A stretch of 64,000 bases of DNA, from contig PDIP01000024.1 of the NCBI GenBank assembly GCA_002811645.1, positions 32,733 through 96,732 on the forward strand, in the 5' to 3' direction. Position 1 is the first letter of the stretch. Each line of letters begins with the position of its first letter. The stretch is from Corallochytrium limacisporum Hawaii (Eukaryota; Protista; Pluriformea). Of this stretch, positions 58,508 to 64,000 are shown piece after piece. The position numbers were made by a program, and so were the translations under genes. Under the pieces are notes generated by a model. The model ran no database searches. It was not told the DNA's origin and worked only from the letters and a program-made list of their open reading frames with translations.

Positions 58508-60985
58508 ATGACAAAGGAAAGTACGACTCCGACTTTGCCACAGCTGATCATGCCCGATGATCTGATGGAAAAATCGGCAATTGGCCCGGGTCGCGTTTAT
58601 GAACGGGATGACAGTTTTGGATCTTGTGTGCGGTCAGGAAGCGTCTCATCGATCTCTGACACAGAGGATGCTGAAGGCTGTGATGATGACATGCGGAACA
58701 TTTCCAAGCGCATTGCAGCACACCATGCTAGTGAACGGAATCTTCTAGGATCACGCGGCGATCTGCGTGTGTACAAAAGTTCCCATGATGTTAGTAAGAT
58801 TGATGTTAAAAACACCCTGAAGATTCTGGGAGCTGCAGATTTGAGTGTGGCAAGCCGCGATACAGATAGCACACCCGACGAAAACGCCACCAAGAACAGT
58901 ACCAGCGCCAAACTGGGGCTTAACGTCACGTTTGAAGCCATTAAGCCCAGCCCCACTCAGATTTCACCGGAGCCTGTTTCTCTTGCTAAAAAGCAACCGC
59001 TGTCTAGTGGACTTACAACGGGCCAACATGCAGCAGCAATGGCATCAAAGAGTCGCAGGAAGAGTATCTGTGGACCGGCAGCAGCGCCATCCGCCGATTT
59101 TTTGTCCAAAATGTCGTCTCTGGCCACAACAGTCGATCCATTGGAAGAGGAAGTCGAAGATGTCACTTCTACCACTTCTTCCATCACGCAAGAGATTCCC
59201 GCAGCTGCACGGACACGAAGTAGCTGGGTCTCAAAACTGAAACACAGCTTTAATTCAAACAATACTACCGCAGAGATTGCGCCCGTTCCGCGGACGCCCC
59301 GTGGTAGCTTCTTCGGGGCCAACTTTGGTTCGAAAAAGGTGTCCAAACTGTTGCAACGCCCAAATTCTAAGACACAGCAAACCGCGAAGAATGACTTGCA
59401 AATAACCGTGGAAGTCAGGAAGCGTCGTCGTGCATCTGTGTCTGTCTACAGCTTCAAAGATCCTAACGTTACTGCGGATCATTTACAGTTCCTTCGGGAA
59501 TTGCAGACCCAGGCTGTCACAGAGATCTCGGTGGATAGTACCGACAGTTGCGACGGAAATGTTAAGACGGATTCTCAAGGATTGATGATTCATGCAGATG
59601 GGGCTTTGGGACAGAGCGAAGTGGATTCCGTGCCCTCTGAGGATGGAGGCGTCACTGCTGAGGCTCTCTTTGAGAACATCATGGAAAAGTACAATGCCCT
59701 GCCCACTCTACTGAACTGCTTCCTGCTGACCTTCCGTCACATTCTGCAGCCCAAGGAGCTGATGACCATGATTGTACAACGGTGCGATCAACTGGATAAG
59801 GACAAGCCAGAGACAAAAACTGTTATTCAGTTTCTACGTCAGTGGATGAAGGCTGCATGGTTTGATTTCAAGGATCCGGACATGATATCCATGGTTCACA
59901 AGGTGGAGGATAAGCTGATTAGTGTGGGGCTGAACAATGACGCGGCGGATCTTGCGGCTGCTTGTGCTATTGCTGGTGTCGGTGGTGCAAAGATGAGCGT
60001 GGCCAGTCCCGCTATTCAGCAGGAAGGCGCAGAGGACGGGTCCGCGGACCCAACTCTCACCCAGGACGGTGGCGTCACCAGCAAGCAGAACATTATGGGC
60101 AGATACAGCCGTGCGATGAACGTCGCCTCCGCGAAACCGGAGCTCAAGGATAGCGCTCTGCTCTCATTTGACGCCCACCAGGTTGCGTCCGAGCTCAACC
60201 GTACGGAAATGAAGTACTTCCGAATGGTTCGTGCACAGGAGTTTGTCATGAATCTGTGGGCACCCAACGCTGATCAAGATGGTCATAAGGACAACTTGGA
60301 CCGCTACGTGGAGTGGTTCAATCAGATCAGCTACTGGGTGGGTACGGAGGTGCTCCTGCAGCCCACTGCCCATGCCCGGGGGATCTGTCTTGCCTTGTGG
60401 ATCCGCGTAGGTAAGGCTCTGCTTCAGAAGCACTCATACAACCTATTGGCTGCCATTGTCACCGGCCTCAGCAACTCTGCTGTGGAGCGCCTGGAGGAGA
60501 GTTGGAGCAAGGTACCAGGAAAGCAACTCACCGTGTACCGCAACCTGCAGAGGATCTGTGATCCCAAGCGGAATTTTGCCTCTTACCGACAGGAGATCTC
60601 CTGTGCGCCGCGGGGTGCCATTCCTATCTTTGCTGTGTTTATGAAGGACCTCGTGTACATGAACGAATTACCCAAGCGCATTGGTGAGGAAGGTCATTTA
60701 AATATGCAGAAATTGCTGCGAATCTCTACGCACATTGAACAAATAGTGGAATATCAGCGCACCATGACAGACCTTCCCGCACCAGACACTGAAGTATGTG
60801 CCTACATTGACAATATGCCCGTACTTCCGGAGGAGGCCCTATACTTCATCTCCATCACCGCGGAGCAGCCCAAGGGCGGAACCTACAGTGAGCGATGGAA
60901 AATCATCAAAACCTTCACACAGATGACTGACACTGCCGCAGTCAAGCAGCAAGCAGCTGGCACCCGGACCTCGTTCACTGGCTAA
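58508..60985 (+). CDS. Ras guanine-nucleotide exchange factor (REM + CDC25 domains)
   Basis: REM (FLLTFRH..P.EL...LRQW) and CDC25 motifs (A.QVASEL, WFNQISYWV, YN.L.AI..GL....V.RL..SW, NF..YR, IP....KDL), with a long disordered N-terminus. Confidence 0.93.
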   Translation: MTKESTTPTLPQLIMPDDLMEKSAIGPGRVYERDDSFGSCVRSGSVSSISDTEDAEGCDDDMRNISKRIAAHHASERNLLGSRGDLRVYKSSHDVSKIDVKNTLKILGAADLSVASRDTDSTPDENATKNSTSAKLGLNVTFEAIKPSPTQISPEPVSLAKKQPLSSGLTTGQHAAAMASKSRRKSICGPAAAPSADFLSKMSSLATTVDPLEEEVEDVTSTTSSITQEIPAAARTRSSWVSKLKHSFNSNNTTAEIAPVPRTPRGSFFGANFGSKKVSKLLQRPNSKTQQTAKNDLQITVEVRKRRRASVSVYSFKDPNVTADHLQFLRELQTQAVTEISVDSTDSCDGNVKTDSQGLMIHADGALGQSEVDSVPSEDGGVTAEALFENIMEKYNALPTLLNCFLLTFRHILQPKELMTMIVQRCDQLDKDKPETKTVIQFLRQWMKAAWFDFKDPDMISMVHKVEDKLISVGLNNDAADLAAACAIAGVGGAKMSVASPAIQQEGAEDGSADPTLTQDGGVTSKQNIMGRYSRAMNVASAKPELKDSALLSFDAHQVASELNRTEMKYFRMVRAQEFVMNLWAPNADQDGHKDNLDRYVEWFNQISYWVGTEVLLQPTAHARGICLALWIRVGKALLQKHSYNLLAAIVTGLSNSAVERLEESWSKVPGKQLTVYRNLQRICDPKRNFASYRQEISCAPRGAIPIFAVFMKDLVYMNELPKRIGEEGHLNMQKLLRISTHIEQIVEYQRTMTDLPAPDTEVCAYIDNMPVLPEEALYFISITAEQPKGGTYSERWKIIKTFTQMTDTAAVKQQAAGTRTSFTG

Positions 60986-61127
60986 CTTGCGGTTGAGTGC
61001 GTCTTGCTTTCTCATCTTTTACTACTGTTTTTTCTAATTTGACACAATCTAACGACCATACTTGTAATATATAAAGAATTCCGAAATTTTCTACCATACC
61101 CAAATGCCAGTGCAGTTTGTTGCGTGT

Positions 61128-62672
61128 CTATGATAAGGGATTGTACAGTATCTCTCTTGCGCCTTCAATTACGGACTCTTGGCTCGAGAGCAATCTGTTG
61201 ATCTCCGCCATGGCAAGGTCAGTCTCCGATGCCAGCTGCTTTTGCTGCCATAGGTCTGGACTCGTTATGAGATGCCGTTGCAAGTCCGTGAGTCCCTTGA
61301 TCTCCAGCAAGTACTCGTGGATTAACAGTACACGCTGGCGGGGGGACAGTGATCCCTGAGACGGGGACCGTCCCACATCAACAACTGTGTCACGACGCCA
61401 CCCATGACTGTGACCGCGACTGCTGTTCCAATGCCGGTGAAGGTCCATGTGATCCCTGCGTGGCACACGGGGTGGGCTCCGATAGTCCCTGCGCTGCAGT
61501 GGCAAAGAGGGACTATCCCCTATCTTTGGCATCCAAGCACCGTTGATCCCTGTGCGTTTCTGCTGGGCTCTCAGGGGAGGTAGAGGCAATGCTCGAAGCT
61601 CGCTAAGAAGCGAGAGCTTTTGTTCTGCAAGAACTGCTGGCTCAGGGCCATTCGCACGTTGCCGCGCTGCCTTGCGTCGAAAGACTGCCATGCGCCATCG
61701 ATCAGCGTACTTTGCAGCAATAGCGAGCTCCTGGGGCCGGTGGTCGCAGCGCATCAGAAATTCGCGCCGAGTTGTATTTTTTTCTTGGGCTTTTGCATGA
61801 ACCAGGCGCACCGCCTCTCGAGCATGGATTTGCACAAAGAGGGACTGAGCAAGAGACAGTTTCTGATCCTTGGCTTGTTGCATCCTTCGGTTCTCTTTAA
61901 GTGCTTGTAAAGCCCGGCGCTTGCGGTGAAGAGCCCAGAGTCTGAAGGCAAGTATCTCCTGGCGCGGATCAGTATACCATTCTCGGAATGCAGCACTCCA
62001 GACTGCCAGGGCACGCTCCTGAAGGCGATGGGACCTCAAGCGCAGTAGAAGGTTTGCTCTATACGACAGGTCTTCCTGTATTGCCTGGCGTTTCCGCCAA
62101 AGTTGGAAATGGGCAGACAGCATCCGTCGCTTAATTCGATCCGAAAGCGCTTTTACTATGATTTCCTTTTCAGCACAGATCTGAAAAGTCCTGCGCCAGC
62201 GCAGGAACACATCTGATAGTCTGCACTTACGCCAGCGATTTTCGACCACTGCCTGTTGCCGTCGTAGTTCGGCCTTGAACCTCAGATGTTGTGCCCACGA
62301 ACGAAAGCAGTCACAAATGAGGTGATGTTTTACCCGCCCTGCTATAGTTAATAAATTTTGCCTGTCCCTGGCCTTCCCTGCACGTGTCTCATAGAACCAG
62401 CCCAGGACCACGCACCGAAGCAGATGATTCTGTCGCCGAGTCAAAATCTTGTGCTCAAAAGTGGCGAGGCACACTTTGAAAGCATTTCTGTCTTGCCAGG
62501 CTCGAAAGAACTCCTTTTGGACACCCATAGATCTGCTCAAAGTTTCCTCGTTAGTATAAGGAACATCAGTTGCGGATCCTCTCAGCACAAAAAAGCTCTC
62601 AGATTTGATCCTTGCCGTCCGGTCAAGCGACCCGCTGGATCCGGCGGTGCTCTCGTTGTCCGAGTCCCCCAT
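61128..62672 (-). CDS. SFI1: SFI1-like centrin-binding repeat protein
   Basis: Repeated (L/F)xxW motifs with Trp-to-Trp spacing of 34, 33, 33 and 33 aa (GW, RSW, LRW, QLW, AVW); Arg-rich helical composition. Confidence 0.75.
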   Translation of the reverse strand: MGDSDNESTAGSSGSLDRTARIKSESFFVLRGSATDVPYTNEETLSRSMGVQKEFFRAWQDRNAFKVCLATFEHKILTRRQNHLLRCVVLGWFYETRAGKARDRQNLLTIAGRVKHHLICDCFRSWAQHLRFKAELRRQQAVVENRWRKCRLSDVFLRWRRTFQICAEKEIIVKALSDRIKRRMLSAHFQLWRKRQAIQEDLSYRANLLLRLRSHRLQERALAVWSAAFREWYTDPRQEILAFRLWALHRKRRALQALKENRRMQQAKDQKLSLAQSLFVQIHAREAVRLVHAKAQEKNTTRREFLMRCDHRPQELAIAAKYADRWRMAVFRRKAARQRANGPEPAVLAEQKLSLLSELRALPLPPLRAQQKRTGINGAWMPKIGDSPSLPLQRRDYRSPPRVPRRDHMDLHRHWNSSRGHSHGWRRDTVVDVGRSPSQGSLSPRQRVLLIHEYLLEIKGLTDLQRHLITSPDLWQQKQLASETDLAMAEINRLLSSQESVIEGAREILYNPLS

Positions 62673-64000
62673 GGTCCAGTCATTTTTGCCATATCATTCT
62701 CATCATGTGATTATTATGGTTAAGTAAGCATTGACACATTGCACAATAATTGAATGCCGGGGATAGACCATGATTGGACTCCTCCTTGTACCTACCCAAC
62801 AGAACGGTCGCAGACCCCCGCCCACTTAGATTATCTAGCCTCGGAGTGTTCGGACGAGACGGACGGCTCATGGCCCAGGGGTCCTGCACTAATTGGCGCG
62901 AAAGGGCTCATCTCCCTCAAGAAACCTAAGCGGGAGTCCCTTTCTTGCTCTTGCGACTCTCACGAAACAGATTTCCCTCATAGTGAAAACCAGGGAACAA
63001 GAGACACCAACGGAAACATCCCGCACAGGAGGGATTTCGGGCCAGTCCATGGAAAGCGAGATCCGCCGATAAACGAACCGGGCATGTGATAAAAAGCCTA
63101 CCCGCTTTCCATATCAAACAAATGAGAAATCCCACCCCAAAGACCCGAAGACATTCCGCTCTTAGTCTTCCTTCTCACAAAAGTCCCCAGTTTCCCTTTT
63201 CTTGTTCCCTAGATGTCTTCACGTAACTTACCCACACTTTAATAAAACACTTAGCCTGTCAATCGTAGATACGCCACGTCCAATCAATTTCAATACCCCA
63301 CCACCCTCACTGGGGGAGTGCTTCAGTGGAGGACCGCGATATATTTGGACAGCGGGATCGTCATCATCCACACTGCTCAATCCGCGCCCATCAATTAAAC
63401 CTTCGTGGTTCGTGCGTGCGTGCCTGCTGAGGGGGCAACCGGTTTGAAGCGGGGTCGCAAAGACGAGTAAGGCGAGAGGGAGGGGGAAAGGGGCAGCACT
63501 CGTAATGAATCAACGGGGACCCAGCCAGTGACAGTGGGAGTCCCGCGCGAGTACCAACACCGCCATTTCTTATCTCGCATTACGGGCACACGGGGTGGTT
63601 GCCAGCCATATTTCTCATCAGGGGACATCTTAAGGTGAGGTGCATAGGCTGATTCGGGATGACTTGTCGTCTCTTGTTTAGGGTTCAATGTGCCGAAGGC
63701 TGCAGCATGAGAAATTTAGGAACCGATTTCCGAGCTGCTACCTTCCAACACTTGTGTCCGGTCGTGGAACAAAAGTAGGAACAGTTTGCGGTCCGGCCAC
63801 GGGTATTGGAAACCCGTCAGTTGTCTACTGGTCCACCAACATTCAGTATGGGAGAGCGCGGACTTGCGGAGAGCCGGCTGATGGGAAGGGTTCGTGCTCA
63901 AAAGCCGTGCGCTGAGGTAGTGCGCTAACAATACCGCGGAAAGGACCGGGGAGGAGGGGGGGTGGTGGCGAGGGGCAAATTTCCCCCCCCCCCCCCCCCC

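Overview
Eukaryotic nuclear DNA from a very intron-poor, compact genome. About 20 protein genes are single uninterrupted ORFs up to ~3 kb, and only one gene has a well-supported spliceosomal intron. Recognisable genes are DPH4 (5'-partial), UBC13, a DUSP15/22-like phosphatase, LSM14, an RNFT-like RING protein, CDC50, a BDS1/SdsA1-like alkyl sulfatase, a two-pore channel, tRNA-Val(CAC), Maf, transportin-1, a fused tryptophan synthase (TRP5-type), an AVT3/SLC36-like transporter, ZMAT2/SNU23, a RasGEF and SFI1. A fungal-style TrpA-TrpB fusion, an animal-style TPC filter and IFT88/SFI1 together suggest a unicellular opisthokont, possibly a Corallochytrium-like holozoan (inference only). The most notable observations are: (1) a decayed IFT88 pseudogene, i.e. 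flagellar loss caught in progress, while SFI1 remains intact; (2) a protein with the full architecture of the supposedly plant-specific HD2/HD-tuin family (MEFW start, nucleoplasmin-like domain, acidic tract, terminal C2H2 finger); (3) a small lipid-anchored protein resembling the PHACTR/Bni4 PP1-binding module; (4) a strongly codon-biased, membrane-anchored alkyl sulfatase. Long gene-poor tracts (21.3-32.9 kb, 44-47 kb, 52.5-58.5 kb) contain decayed coding-like fragments. There is a 207-nt assembly gap at 57718-57924. Family assignments come from recalled motifs; no database search was run.
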